Below are positions 1-14,619 of a stretch of 64,000 nt of DNA, in pieces. The first letter of the stretch is position 1; every line of letters begins with the position of its first letter. The notes beneath the pieces were generated by a model. The model saw only the letters and a list, made by a program, of their open reading frames with translations, searched no databases and was not told the DNA's origin. Position numbers and translations under genes: made by a program. The stretch is from Octopus bimaculoides (taxonomy: Eukaryota), in assembly GCF_001194135.2 (NCBI RefSeq), contig NC_069000.1, forward strand, positions 8,180,205-8,244,204. The letters are read 5' to 3'.

Positions 1-89
1 TAGCGGTGGTGGTGGTGGTTGTAGCGATGGCGGTTGTATATCAAATACTCAAGTCTTCTTTCAAATGGAAACCAATTATATTTATTGTT

Positions 90-141
90 TGTGTGTGTGC
101 GTGTGTGAAAGAGAGAGAAGGAGAGAGAGAGAGAGAGAGAG

Positions 142-190
<49 letters not shown>

Positions 191-377
191 GAAAAAGAAG
201 AGGAGAGAACACGACGGAATATCCCTCTAATCACCAAATAAAAATAGACACGAGTTTACGATTTTGTAGGACCCTGAGCTGCAGGTATAACGAAGCTTCT
301 TCCCACCAATAACTGCTTCAAGCTATAAACAATACCAACCGTCATCAACAGGAACAACAACAACAACAACAACAACA

Positions 378-439
<62 letters not shown>

Positions 440-440
440 A
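90..440. repeat. Microsatellite cluster: (GA)n at ~108-205 and compound (CAA)n/(CTA)n at ~352-440
   Basis: Read directly from sequence. Representative of dozens of (CA)n, (TA)n, (GA)n, (TATC)n, (TATG)n and (ATT)n tracts across the window. Confidence 0.98.
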
Positions 441-1262
441 TGAAATATAATGGAACTTCGATCAAATAAATAAAGGAAACAAAACACACACGGATGCACA
501 AAAATAAAACCCAGTAAAACAACATGGCGGAAAGTGGAGTGCGTTGAAAATCATCTTTACCCTACTTTGTCTCGAACCTATGACATGTTTCTCTAAATGG
601 TTACACAGCATCAATAGTAAGGAGATGGTGGTGGTTGGGGGTGATGTCGATGGAGAAGACAAAGCGAGTCAGTTGCTCATAGTATTGATTGTCATCTACA
701 ATTAGCGGTAGAAAAGTATTCTAGGTCACAATGTGTCGGCTGCTTGTTTGGTAATGATGGGAGACGGAGGGAAGGACGGAGGGAGAGAGAGTGGGGGGGG
801 GAGAGAAGGAGTGGAATTGGTTGTCTGTTGAATTCATTGGTTCCATATCACATTTAATCACCGGCTTCGAGAAAAAAGTAAAGGTAGGAAAATAGAAAAA
901 AAAAAGCAAAAAGAGAAAAAAGAAACAAATTAAAACAACAGATAAAACAAGGAGAATAAAGTAAATAATAAAAATCCAGATTAAAGAAAGCAAAAATTGG
1001 CAGATTAGGAAATATGTGATGTAAGTTTATATATTAGTCGGTCGGTGCTAACGTGTGTGCGTCTGTTTATATATTTATATGCATATATATGTGTGTGTAT
1101 ATATATATATATATACATGTAAGTGTGTGTGTGTGTGTGTGTGCATACATACACACCCGTATACACAAAGTTACATAGATTGAGATGTTATTAGACAAAC
1201 AGCTAGACAGATAAATGTGTGTATTTGTCTACGTCCGTTAGTGTATATGCACAAATGCATTC

Positions 1263-1310
<48 letters not shown>

Positions 1311-1312
<2 letters not shown>

Positions 1313-1510
1313 TTGTCTCCCTCCCACTGCTTGAAAACCAGTGTTGGTTTATTTACGTCCTCGTAACTTACGGGTTCGGCAACATAACCCGGTAGAATAA
1401 GAACCAGGTTTAAAAGGTAACAACTGGGGTCGAATTGTTCCGCCAAATCTTTGAAGGCGGTGCTCCAGCATGGCCGCAATCTAATGACTGAAACAAGTAA
1501 ATGATAAAAA
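1311..1510 (+). mobile_element. 3' half of tRNA/CORE-like SINE family A
   Basis: Motif gcttgaaaaccagtgttggtttatttacgtcc...ggcggtgctccagcatggccgcaatctaatgactgaaacaagtaa recurs at ~16005-16140, ~23215-23380 and ~41255-41455. Confidence 0.8.
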
Positions 1511-1579
1511 AGAAGATAGTTGCGGCCCAACCCTGCACATTGGAGCCAGACGCAATTAGAGCATGAGAAAGAGGGACGT

Positions 1580-1636
<57 letters not shown>

Positions 1637-1810
1637 GTAGTAGATATCGAACGAACGGTGGGTCATCGAGCATTTCTTATTGGAAACCTAAAAGAATGGA
1701 AGAAAGAGGTGGTTGGTTACTGCTCGACCTATTTCGGTTCTGATCCCTTATCTAGTCGATATCGACTTAGCAATTATTCTCTCTCAGATGATCGTTAAAT
1801 ATTCCAAACC

Positions 1811-2230
1811 ACGGCTGGCAGAATCGTTCAACGCCGGACAAAATGCTTGGCGGTATTTCGTCGTTCTTTATGTTCGGAATTCAAATTCCGCCGAAGTCGA
1901 GGTCGATAAATAAAGTACCAGTTGAACATTGGGGTCGATGTAATCGACTTACCCCGCTCCACCGAAGTTGCTGGCATTGAGCCAAAATTTGCAATCAGTG
2001 TAAAGGAACATTAGGCGGCGAACCTGAGACGGATTCGTTAGCGTTCTTGGCCAAGTGCTTAGCGGTGTTTCGTCCGTCTTCACGTTCTGAGTTCAAATGC
2101 TGCCCGGGTAGACTTTACCTTTCATCCTTTCGGAGGTCGATAATATAAGTACCAGTTGAGCACTGGGATCGATGTAATCGATTTATCTCCTCCCCACAAA
2201 AATTACTGGCCTTGTGCCAAAATTTGAAAT
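1811..2230 (+). mobile_element. Two tandem tRNA-derived SINEs of family M (Meta-domain-like core), ~1811-1996 and ~2013-2230
   Basis: Head ggcggcgagctggcagaatcgttagc (A box) and gagttcaaat (B box). Core gtcgactttgcctttcatcctttcggggtcgataaa..aagtaccag resembles the MetaSINE domain. Tail ends in (ATC)n. More than 25 copies in the window. Confidence 0.9.
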
Positions 2231-2276
2231 CATCATCATCATCATCATCAGTAGTAGTAATAGTAGTAGTAGTAGT

Positions 2277-2337
<61 letters not shown>

Positions 2338-3219
2338 AGTAGTAGCAGTATTTATTTGAGGACGAGATGAAGGAAAATGGCCGAGTTGATAAAGTACGNN
2401 NNNNNNNNNNNNNNNNNNNNNNNNNNNNNNNNNNNNNNNNNNNNNNNNNNNNNNNNNNNNNNNNNNNNNNNNNNNNNNNNNNNNNNNNNNNNNNNNNNNN
2501 NNNNNNNNNNNNNNNNNNNNNNNNNNNNNNNNNNNNNNNNNNNNNNNNNNNNNNNNNNNNNNNNNNNNNNNNNNNNNAAGAAGGAAAGTTAAAATAAAAC
2601 CACAAAAGCAGCTGGTATTATTTCCATAATATTCACGTTTCAAATGTTATGATTGTGTGAAGAGGAGCAGGAAATTAAAACGGTGAGTGGAGCATCGTTA
2701 GAATTTAGACTCCAAGTTAATCCTTTTATAGAAATTGCGGCGTGGGAGGGGGTAGGGAGAGAGAGGGGGTGTTGGAATCTATTTTTGGTTTGAACAACTA
2801 CAATCTTTTGAGATAGGAATTTAATAATGTGTAAGATGTTGGTTATGTACAATCATTATTGTTGTTGTTGTTGTTGTTCTTGTTCTTGTTGATTAATCCC
2901 AGATTGACTCTGATTTAGATTTCCATGATCAAAAGCATTCCGACCGTGACCATCTGGTCATTTATTCAGATGCAGTGAATTTAAAATTCTGCTATCCAGT
3001 GCATTTTTCTTTATCTATCTGTTTGTTCCCTCTCTTCCTTTATGCATCTCTCTCTCCCCCTTGTCTCTCTCTCCCTTTCTCTCCCCCCTCTCTCTCTCAT
3101 TCATTATCTCTCCCCCGCGCTTTCTCTCTCTCTACATTCATATAAACACACATTGATAATGCCATGTGCAGCAATATAAAACAACGACCGCCATATAAAT
3201 ATATATATATATATATAAA

Positions 3220-3283
<64 letters not shown>

Positions 3284-3288
3284 CATCC

Positions 3289-3351
<63 letters not shown>

Positions 3352-3856
3352 NNNNNNNNNNNNNNNNNNNNNNNNNNNNNNNNNNNNNNNNNNNNNNNNN
3401 NNNNNNNNNNNNNNNNNNNNNNNNNNNNNNNNNNNNNNNNNNNNNNNNNNNNNNNNNNNNNNNNNNNNNNNNNNNNNNNNNNNNNNNNNNNNNNNNNNNN
3501 NNNNNNNNNNNNNNNNATAATTAACAGCTATCATACGGAATGCTTGATCTGTTTATAGTTATCCACAAGAACTTTAAGGTGGCAAGTTTCTCAACAATCG
3601 ATATTAGTTCCTCTCATAAAAATGACATCTAGGTAAAGAATCAATACTTATATTTAAGTATATTACGTTCCTTCACCAAAGAATATAGCATACACATTTC
3701 AGACAAATTTCCATTAATATCAAAGTACTGCCTAAATGTTTAGAGTAGCCCAAAGCAATCGTGATGAGAAAGAAAGGCACCGAATATGCATCAACTGGAT
3801 ACCCTGAAGATAGAATCAGATGACCTTGAATAGTCAATACAGTAGAACGAGGAGAA

Positions 3857-3903
<47 letters not shown>

Positions 3904-4599
3904 AATATTCTGAGGTTGTGAATCCAACCCACTAAGGGATAATATCTATCCAATATACTGCTTATTGCTATATATATAGGGTAAAAATTGAATATTAATT
4001 TTTACCAGTGGCCAGCGTGAGTAAAAATGTCAGTAGACTGCAAATGTTATATTATATGTGTGTATAAAAATTATACACGAAGGGAAAATCCAGAAAATGG
4101 TTTTCCAGCACGTTAGAAATAAGAGTTAAATCTCAAACCACGAAAAAACTAGGCGGGCAGGACAATTTGAGAGAATTCAAAAATATTTTAATTTTAATTT
4201 TAAGAGTCAGATAATTCACTGCGGAATGTTCATTCGCTGTTGCTTTCCTCTGGCTTTTGGTGCGCTGTTTGTGGGACATTTGAATTGAATTCCTCGATAT
4301 ATAAAGCAGATTTATTGGTGTTCATTAGTATGAAGTGCTTCTGAACTCTACACATTACAGGTATTAGTTCAATGACTGTGTCGTTTACACGTTTCGAGTG
4401 TTTAACTTTTATCGAAATCAGGACTATGCTCTTTAGCTTTTAAACATAATCAGTTTAGTTAAATTTCTATCTCTTTATTTTCACGAGAAGCATTCTTGAA
4501 ATATGTTTCTTGGACATTATCTTCCATGGTACTAACATAGTAATTACATGCAATATCTGATGTGATGGAGCTGACCTCTGTTTATAGATGAGGTAGATG

Positions 4600-5311
4600 C
4601 CAGCACTGTTAATTGAAAACCAGCTCGACTTGTTTCTTTTGAATAATTTCCTGCATCGATGATCAATGAAGACATTTGTTAAGGCTACGGAATTTCGTGC
4701 TGTTACATTTAACTTTCGAAGAGGAAGGAAGCGCGTACCAGATAATGTTACGCCGTCTTTAGTGTATGGCAGGAGATCAGGAATGCATTTCAGCTTATCT
4801 TTGTCTCTAATACTTTGTTATAGTAAGGCCAGCCATGTCGAAGATTTCCTTATTGGACGACAGATTAGAGATTATTCACTAATGTTATTGATTAACTTTT
4901 TGAAATCTATGAACGGATGATAGGATTCAATGTTGATGTAGGTTTTTTTTTATTTAGTTTGTTATATGATTTGTATTGACCTGTAGTAAGGTTGAAGGTA
5001 ACATCCCAGAAATTTACGGAGCTCAAATTGGTGGTTATTTTACAGGTCAAAATTATCAAAGGTATTGATTACATTTTCCGGCTGTCCAACCTTTCGTATT
5101 TTTATAGATTAATGTATGTAGTAGTAAATTCATTTTAAAGTGCATCTAGGATATACAGACTAATGAAATTACATTTATCAACGCTGCCGAACGTCTCCAT
5201 ATTAACACTGAACGAATCAACAGTCTCATTTTCTTGAACTCAGGGGGTATGCTTACGAGCAGAGTTCTCTTAGCAAAGACAATAATATCAATATTATTGT
5301 TTCCTATGGTG

Positions 5312-5354
<43 letters not shown>

Positions 5355-5558
5355 NNNNNNNNNNNNNNNNNNNNNNNNNNNNNNNNNNNNNNNNNNNNNN
5401 NNNNNNNNNNNNNNNNNNNNNNNNNNNNNNNNNNNNNNNNNNNNNNNNNNNNNNNNNNNNNNNNNNNNNNNNNNNNNNNNNNNNNNNNNNNNNNNNNNNN
5501 NNNNNNNNNNNNNNNNNNNNNNNNNNNNNNNNNNNNNNNNNNNNNNNNNNNNNNNNNN

Positions 5559-5597
<39 letters not shown>

Positions 5598-6430
5598 ATG
5601 AGACACCACACGCATACACGTACACATGACATTTTTTAACATATAAACCTTTTGACATCAATTCAATGTTAAAAATAGACCGATTGAATGGACGCTCAGA
5701 TTATTGGAGAGATATTTAATGCATGGTGGAGATAATTCGACAAAGGGATGACCCGGAAGAACAGAAACAGTTATATTGCTCGTTGACAGTTGCTCTGTTC
5801 ACTCGAAGTTGTAACTATTAAATCAAAGTGACATTCTTTTTTTCCCCAACAAACACATCGACAATTTAATATGCGGCCAGTGTATTATCAAATCTTTGAA
5901 ATAATCAAATATTGACCAGAAAGCTCATTTCTCTTACATTCATGGTCAACCAACAATAAAAGGAAATGACCTCATCAGGAAAATCTCATCATTTGATGCT
6001 ATTCATCTTATCACAAGAATCACAAAAGCGTGCAACAATCAAAAGACTTTGACGATAATCAGTTTTTTTTTTAAGCATCAGAAGTTTAGTTTTACAGCTG
6101 GAAATGCACTCTTGCTGAAGAAGATGTGTTGATCTTCCTCCGGTCATACTGATGAGAAATGATTTGAAGACTATGTGACCAAGATGATTTGGAGTACTAC
6201 AACATCCCGAAAGTTGAGGAGCTGGTTGCATCATTCTTGATTGTTGGGGGAAAATTAACAGATAGCTATGGCAACATTGATAATGAAGGGGGACGTACGA
6301 TTTGTCTCAATAACAGACAATAGACGCGCTTAGACTCGTTCTGTCAACAGGCAGAGAACAAATTAGAAAAGAACAAAACTGAAATGTTTGACTAGAGCGA
6401 ATCTGCAAATGCAGACAACCAAAGATCAGA
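4600..6430 (+). mobile_element. Decayed pogo/Tigger DNA transposon (transposase pseudogene) interrupted by a microsatellite and gap
   Basis: Hand translation ~5770-5900 gives VILLVDSCSVHSKL*LLNQSDILFFPNKHIDNLICGQCIIKSLK, matching pogo DDE_1 (LLLVDNCxAH...FLPPNTTS.LQPMDQGIIKSLK). FDAIHLI at ~5990. A KFTASNGWL-like HTH remnant at ~5010-5045. Many stops and frameshifts. Confidence 0.75.
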
Positions 6431-6961
6431 AAAGTTATCAACTAAATCCTACAGTGACATTTAAAATGTCATACTCGTGCAAATCACAAATATATTGTTG
6501 ATTCCTGTATAGGAAATCGAGGTAAAAAAAGAAGAAAACAACATATAGATATTTTAACAAATAGTTGTATCTCCATAAAACGTAAGTAATCGTTATTAGT
6601 TTCTTGTTAAGAAAAATTGTTGCAGATCGATTAAATATATCATGTTGTGAACAAGTCGATCTGTGTTCATTTTCCAATATATTACACAAACAAATGTTAT
6701 TTCCTGCAGCGACACATCGACAGTTCTTTACTAATTTATGCTTGTTTTATTACATAAACCTTAGCCACAATACCTCAATAATGACAATATCGGGAAATCT
6801 CGTAATTTATTGTTTACTGGTCGAAGAATTTGGTTAATTGAATTTGGTTAATCCAGTTAATCGCATAATAATTTCAATAATCGAGAATATGCTGTTGAGC
6901 TGAATCAACTGTGTATGTATGTATGTATGCATGTATGTATGTATGCATGTATGTATGTATT

Positions 6962-7053
<92 letters not shown>

Positions 7054-8464
7054 CATACATATATATGTGCATATATATATACATACATATAAATAGGCAT
7101 ACACACACACACATATATATGCATACACCCATACACATAAACATGTTATTTTGAGCACCCCAATCCCCTCTCCTTCCTCCTTCTCTTCTCCATCTCTCTC
7201 GCTCTTACTCTCTCACCATTTACTCACTATTAAGTCTCTATTACCCGTTCAACTGTCCCACTCTCTAACTCCCTTTGTCCAAACACAAACATAAAAATAT
7301 ATAAGTAGTTTCATAAATGCCAACGCACGAATCTCTCGGACCATGAGTCACTCTGTTGTTTCTACTAAGTATTAATAAAAATATACATTATACATACATA
7401 CATACACGCACGTGTGTGTGTGTGTGCATGTGTATAACAGAAGACACTTGCCCATAGGCTTAAATGTCTTCGATTATGCGTATAAATTTTATGTTTTACC
7501 GATTTTTATGGGAAGGAAAGCGGGATAAAATATGAAACTCAGTTAAATAACTCGTTAAGAGTATAAAACTGTTGCAGTTGAAAGACGTTGCGTTATTTTA
7601 AAATCGCAATGTAAGTTCATGTTGAAATAACATGTGTAACCTGCTTTACATCGCTGTATTCAGTTCTGTTCACTTCGTATTTCATTAAACGGTTGTCTGT
7701 GTGTATATAAATATACATATGTGAATCGAACACACATAGGTATGGATTTGACATACATACATAAAACATACATGCATGCATAATACATACATATATATTT
7801 ATAATATCTACATATGTAATATCTATAGGCAGGTTTTCGATGACAAATTTCGAGACATCTGCTGTCATTCGACCTCAAAATACTCCCAACTCCAAGCTAG
7901 ACGGGTTTCTACTACCATTGTGGGCGGTAAGATGATACAACACACACACACACAAACACCCCCCTCCACACACACACACACATAATTCTATACGACACCA
8001 GAATCAACTAGAACCTTCAACCTTTAAAGATCTTTTTCTNNNNNNNNNNNNNNNNNNNNNNNNNNNNNNNNNNNNNNNNNNNNNNNNNNNNNNNNNNNNN
8101 NNNNNNNNNNNNNNNNNNNNNNNNNNNNNNNNNNNNNNNNNNNNNNNNNNNNNNNNNNNNNNNNNNNNNNNNNNNNNNNNNNNNNNNNNNNNNNNNNNNN
8201 NNNNNNNNNNNNNNNNNNNNNNNNNNNNNNNNNNNNNNNNNNNNNNNNNNNNNNNNNNNNNNNNNNNNNNNNNNNNNNNNNNNGCACCTATCTTACTCGG
8301 TTCCCATTTCTCTATTCCTCTCTGTAGAATGTGTAAATAGATATCGATGTATAGAAACTTATATATACACTACGTATGTTATAATGAAGATACAACTGTA
8401 TTTTGGTTCAGACTTTTTTCAATTAAAATGTCTTACATTTTCTTACCAATCATTACGAGGCAGT

Positions 8465-8682
8465 AAACACACCAACACCGGTTGTCAAGCGGTGGAGGAG
8501 GGATAGACACTGACATGGACACACACACACACAACTTCTTTCAGTTTTCGTCTACTTAATCCACTCACAAGGCTTTGGTCGGCCCAAAGCTATAGCAGAA
8601 GACACTTGTGCAACGTGGAACCGGACTCGGAACCACGTGGTTGAGAATCAAGCTTCGTACCGCACAGCCACGCCTGCGCCTA
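8465..8682 (-). mobile_element. SINE family A (tRNA head plus CORE-like ttgggcaagtgtcttct domain)
   Basis: Reverse complement reads gcaggcgtggctgtgcggta..ggttccgagtccggttcc..caagtgtcttctgctatagc..ccttgtgagtggatt..agacgaaaactgaaagaag. Other copies at 13935-14090(-), 18335-18405(+), 20120-20270(-), 29575-29700(+), 34140-34295(+) and 55770-55915(-). Confidence 0.85.
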
Positions 8683-10322
8683 TATAAATCATGTTGAGAG
8701 CATGAGTGTGTTTTGGGTTTATCTCCCCTTTGAGTTTCTTCTTTTTATCAATTTTTCGTACGAATTCCTTGCAGTTTGGAACAATAAAATCACAAATCCA
8801 TCAGTAAAGCTTTTAAGCTTTCACCGTCAACTTTTCCACACAATATAATGCTTGTGTGGTGGGTTGTCTTTTTACTGGGCTCGTATTAATGATGAAAGCA
8901 ATATTCATCGCACGAACACAATGCTAAAATAAAAGAGTTTGGATTTACATCTGGCAGAACTAGTGCATTCAATATGTTATGTAGAATATATAACTGAATG
9001 CATTTAAGAAGTTACACTTATGCCTCGAATTTCGTGCGTGTAAAACGCTTCTTTGACAAGTGCTGTACGCAAAACTCGAGGACATAGTCTGTTTTTAGAG
9101 TGAAATAGTAAAGTGAGTCGTTTGGTCTATGGAGACAGAAACTTCGCACCAAACTACTAACAACAGGAAATAATCATAGTTCAGTAGTATTTCTATCTAT
9201 CTGTTGTCTGTGTGAGCCTGTCTGTGTGCGGGCACGCATGCGCAATCTATTAATAGAATGCAATGAAATTAGTTCATTATAATGAAGTTGAACACCAGAA
9301 ACGATTTGCACTTCAAAAGAATCATTTAAAAATTTCTACATACTCTACAAATAAATATTGAGTTCTTAATGAGAATTACGAACAGACAAACTTTAAGACT
9401 ATATACATACATACATACATACATACATACATGCATACATACATACATACATACATACACACATGTACAGTGTACATAAAGTCGTATTGCAGTTTTTTGT
9501 TTCTTTTATAGTCTTTTTTATATATATTTTTTATTTCTATCATCATTACCTAAATATAGACATGCGTGTCTGCATGCACAAAGACAAACATGCACGCACG
9601 CATACACACCCACACACACGTACACATTCACATATATACATTCACACATACATACATACATATATATATATATAAACACAAGTGCATATGTTTATATATA
9701 TGTATATGCATATCCNNNNNNNNNNNNNNNNNNNNNNNNNNNNNNNNNNNNNNNNNNNNNNNNNNNNNNNNNNNNNNNNNNNNNNNNNNNNNNNNNNNNN
9801 NNNNNNNNNNNNNNNNNNNNNNNNNNNNNNNNNNNNNNNNNNNNNNNNNNNNNNNNNNNNNNNNNNNNNNNNNNNNNNNNNNNNNNNNNNNNNNNNNNNN
9901 NNNNNNNNNNNNNNNNNNNNNNNNNNNNNNNNNNNNNNNNNNNNNNNNNNNNNNNNNNNNNNNNNNNNNNNNNNNNNNNNNNNNNNNNNNNNNNNNNNNN
10001 NNNNNNNNNNNNNNNNNNNNNNNNNNNNNNNNNNNNNNNNNNNNNNNNNNNNNNNNNNNNNNNNNNNNNNNNNNNNNNNNNNNNNNNNNNNNNNNNNNNN
10101 NNNNNNNNNNNNNNNNNNNNNNNNNNNNNNNNNNNNNNNNNNNNNNNNNNNNNNNNNNNNNNNNNNNNNNNNNNNNNNNNNNNNNNNNNNNNNNNNNNNN
10201 NNNNNNNNNNNNNNNNNNNNNNNNNNNNNNNNNNNNNNNNNNNNNNNNNNNNNNNNNNNNNNNNNNNNNNNNNNNNNNNNNNNNNNNNNNNNNNNNNNNN
10301 NNNNNNNNNNNNNNNNNNNNNN

Positions 10323-10377
<55 letters not shown>

Positions 10378-10584
10378 ATGTGCGTGTGTATATATATATA
10401 TTCATATTTATATATATATATATATACACATATATTTGTATTTATGGTATGGTATGTATGTATATGTGCACACACAAACGTACACACACAGGGTGTGTGT
10501 GGTATTTGACGAAATATTTGATAATTAAATCAAATACATTTTAATAAAAGAATTTGTGTACATGTTTTTGATAAGCTTTCTCAT

Positions 10585-10870
10585 AAGAATATTCTATGAA
10601 TCCGCCTTCAGCATCGATGATTGCTTCAATGCAGAACCGGGGACCGGAATCATTGTCATGTCTGCATTAAGTGGTCCTTATCCGTTTCGGACATCAACTG
10701 GACAATGGCGACCTTCAATGAAGCTATGGTGTTGTGAGGATGTCGATCAGTTTCCCTTTCAACGAAGCTCCAAACATAGAAGTCCACAGGCGAGTTTGGA
10801 GGTCACGAGTTTGGTGTTGCATGATCGTAAAGGTTGTCTGACATTCATTCTATGTGACCCAAGAATAGAA
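10585..10870 (-). mobile_element. Tc1/mariner-superfamily transposase C-terminal fragment (pseudogene)
   Basis: Minus-strand translation MSDNLYDHATPNS*PPNSPVDFYVWSFVERETDRHPHNTIASLKVAIVQLMSETDKDHLMQT*...IEAIIDAEGGFIE matches the WPPNSPDLNPLDYYVW and IEAVIxAxGGxIE motifs. Confidence 0.9.
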
Positions 10871-11098
10871 ACAACCTCGAATATTCGAAAAATGCAAAAG
10901 AAGTTGATGAAGAAGGAATAAGTCAACTAAGTCAGTCACCGATGCTGAGTATGACGATCCCGGACACCAAAATGATGAAATGTTAAGTAATACCACTTCT
11001 CTACAGATTTCGTTAATTTGCTGCTCTGTAGTATTAACTTATAAATCAGAACAAGCATATTTCTAACGGCTGTTTATTGATTTGATTCTCTTTTACAG

Positions 11099-11225
11099 TT
11101 TTTATAAACAACAGAAAAGACAATCAGAATTTTCAATAGTATCCATTAATAGAAATCGAAGTTTGACACGTCATTCTTCAAATAATTACCTTCCAGCAAT
11201 GACTAGATCGATAGAAGGAGGCTAA
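11099..11225 (+). CDS. Candidate terminal coding exon of an unidentified gene (xFYKQQKRQSEFSIVSINRNRSLTRHSSNNYLPAMTRSIEGG*)
   Basis: Branch-point-like TTCTAAC at ~11061, pyrimidine tract and ttttacAG acceptor at 11098, 41 open codons, and AATAAA-type signals downstream. No homology recognised. Confidence 0.35.
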
Positions 11226-11422
11226 ATCTTTCCAATTATGCTGGATAATTAAAATAAATATTTTAGAATATAAACTGTAAATATTTATTTTGAATAAAAT
11301 ATCGTGACATGTTTGAATTTACAATATTAATTAGCAAAGTTTGAGAAAACGAAGCGAATTTGGTTTAGAATATATTCCTGAGCCTAATTTTCTGTTACAT
11401 CACCATGGTAAACTCTCCCACC

Positions 11423-11453
<31 letters not shown>

Positions 11454-11669
11454 CGACAGACAGACCGACAGACAGACCGACAGACAGACAGATATTTACA
11501 TACATATATGCATACATACATATATACACACACGCATATGTATTGATGTTAGAGTTGTTAATGAATAACATTTACTGATGAAAGGATTTGGTGTGAAGTT
11601 AATTCTATATAAAGATTGTGATTTCAATTTTCACCTATCTTAATATTTATTCTGACTTAATCGTATGAA

Positions 11670-12290
11670 TCCAAGTAATTTTAATAAAAACAAATGCAAT
11701 TCCATAAACCCTAATAACTGCCCTTTAGCCTCCAAAGTGGCAATTAATATATTCTGTACTGGCAGCCAATAATAGAAAGTAATAACTTGTCCAGAGCAAA
11801 CATTGGGCTCACCTCGAATCTTTTCAAATTTAGATACAATCAACACACTCACATGTTCCGTAACCAGAACAGAAATAATACCATTACACTAACCAAACAT
11901 ATATAGGTGATCTAATTTATTAGAGTGGAATTATAAATCCAGTCCTGGAAATTATTTCTTATAACTATGTCGGCTCTTTAATTTCACTCACAAATACCAA
12001 TTTGAGCTAATCTCCTCCCAATACTTTAAACCCCCTGTACATGAAGATGTTGCAAACGTTCTTTATTGAGACATATAAAAATGAGACAGCCTCATTTAGT
12101 TAAGTCCATTCGAATTTCTCTGTATTTATATTCTACATTAATCTTAATACATTTTTCATGCAATAATCCTTACCTTCAAATTTCTATGCGCAAATACTTT
12201 ATTCTTATAATCAGGCATTTAATAACTTTGAAGTCTTATCAGTTTTACAAAATTTATACGCATAACCATTTCAATATTTAACTTTGTTCT
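11670..12290 (+). mobile_element. Penelope-like element, GIY-YIG endonuclease fragment
   Basis: Decayed translation NKNKCNSINPNNCPL...NLFKFRYNQHTHMFRNQNRNNTITLTKHI matches the PLE CNCR..CPL...FKxRYNxHxxSFRN...TxLSKHIW pattern. Confidence 0.8.
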
Positions 12291-13406
12291 ACAAATAACT
12301 TTCAGAACAAGATATACTTCTTTTTCTTTTTCCTTTTCTATTTCTTTCTCCGTTCGTGCTCTCCTGTGAACAAACACGATTATTAACTGTCTTAGCATAC
12401 AAGAGTCACTTCACTTTCTCAATACTTCATTTAGTAGCCAACCAACACATCTAAAATTATGGAACTCATCGGTTTGTTTCTACTCAAAGATAAAGTTTGT
12501 AAATAACGAGGCTATGAAAACAGAGACTTTTGACGGTACTTAAACGAAAAGACAAGGAACAAGTAAGCTACCCGTAAACTACCCGGTTTAAAGTGTTACT
12601 TATTGCTCCACATTGCTCTATATCACAAAAAGGTTACAAGTTTGTGAAAATTCTTAGCATTTATATACGTGTAGGCAAGCACACAAAACACAGACACCAC
12701 ATAAACATGCATTCACATAGACATACACACACAGACACACATACGCACACACATATCCACATACACATACATATCTGCATGTAAACATCTTCCAATGTAC
12801 GCGTGTAAAATGTTGCTATTACACAATCACATTGTCGAAAGCTGCTTATTGTCATATAATCGCCATAGATTATAAATATATTCATATGTTGTTCAGTTAG
12901 GTTTCTACGCAGGAAATTTAAAATATAAATTACAGAGTGGAATTACATATGCTTAAGAAGGAAGATTATATATTCAGACATATGGAATAATTGCATTAAT
13001 TAAAAATGTATGTAAAATTTCAAGGAAAAAATATTGATACATTTATGTAGAGATACATACACATATGTGTATACATACACATATATGCAGATAGACGCGC
13101 ACTCGTTCGTACGCATATAAATATATTCTATTAGAATAAGTAGAGGAGATATGAAAAAGTATTCAATACACAAGAGAGGAGCATGTTGTTTATAAAACTG
13201 TATTTCTTTCACGGCACGGGTTACGGTCCATTTCTACACACACACAGACACACACACATATATACATACACATATACGTATGTATATATATATATATATA
13301 TNNNNNNNNNNNNNNNNNNNNNNNNNNNNNNNNNNGATACGCACAAAACATGTATATATACGTATACATATTTATTACTTCAATATATCAGATATATATA
13401 TGAGTG

Positions 13407-13450
<44 letters not shown>

Positions 13451-13796
13451 TACGTGTATTAGGTGAGCATCAGGTGTCCATTCTCAATCATTTGCCTGAA
13501 TCCTGTTTCGTTCCGTAGCCGTTGGCTGCACTAAAAAACCGGAACACTAAATCCGCTTACCATCTTTTTCTTAGATTCATTTTTGAAATTCACTGAGGTG
13601 GAAATATATATCCTTGGACAAGATTTATTATTATCCATCATCATCATCATCATCATAGTCATCCATATCCTCACCATCATTGCCACTAATATTTTTGTTG
13701 TTGTTGTTGCTGTTGTGGCGATCAAATCCGGAAGCTTAATTTAGAAAATCACTGTTGATAATGTCCAAATAGATAAGATTTTGAGATCAGAGATAT

Positions 13797-13827
<31 letters not shown>

Positions 13828-13934
13828 GCGAAGTTTTAAGAATGGCGCGGCATTAGATTGACAGGGAGCAAGATACACGCACGCACACACACACACACAG
13901 AGACACACAAACGCACACACATATAAATACGTCA

Positions 13935-14090
13935 GGCTTCTTTCAGTTTCCGTCTACCAAATCCACTCACAAGGCTTTGATCGGCCCGAGGCTATAGTAG
14001 AAGACACTTGCCCAAGGTGCCACGCAGTGGGACTGAATCCGGAACCATGTGGTTGGTAAGCCAGCTTCTTATCACGCAGCCACACCTATG
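13935..14090 (-). mobile_element. SINE family A head and core, well conserved copy
   Basis: cttctttcagtttccgtctaccaaatccactcacaaggctttgatcggcccgaggctatagtagaagacacttgcccaaggtgccacgcagtgggactgaatccggaaccatgtggttgg. Confidence 0.9.
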
Positions 14091-14099
14091 CCTATATAA

Positions 14100-14157
<58 letters not shown>

Positions 14158-14619
14158 GTTATGGCACACACACACACACAAACACACACACATACACAAA
14201 CATCTATATAAATTTATATAACACGAAGATGGAAAAAACCTCTCTAATTGCTAACTACATTTGTTTTCCCGCCTGACAGCTCTAAAGCTGCAGAATTTTC
14301 CTTCATATATCATTACATAAAATTACTCTACAAAATAATTATATAAAGAAATATGATTCAGAAACAGCCGTGCGTTGGCGCTCAATCAGCTAGAATACTC
14401 TGAGGCACTGCCGGATTTCTTTGTGTTTTCTCTCTTTTATATGCTGTCTTTCTTTATCGTGCCGTTCGTGAATTCAAGGCCACACATATATTGTTGTAGT
14501 GAAACAATAATCATAATGAATAATAAAATAATTATAATTATAAAATTATAATTATAAATATATATAAATTTTTATGAAAAAATAAAATAAAAGCGACATC
14601 AACAATACTGATAATAATG

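Noticed and set aside
10556-10921. 121-aa plus-strand ORF as a gene
   Set aside because: It is antisense to a decayed Tc1/mariner transposase.
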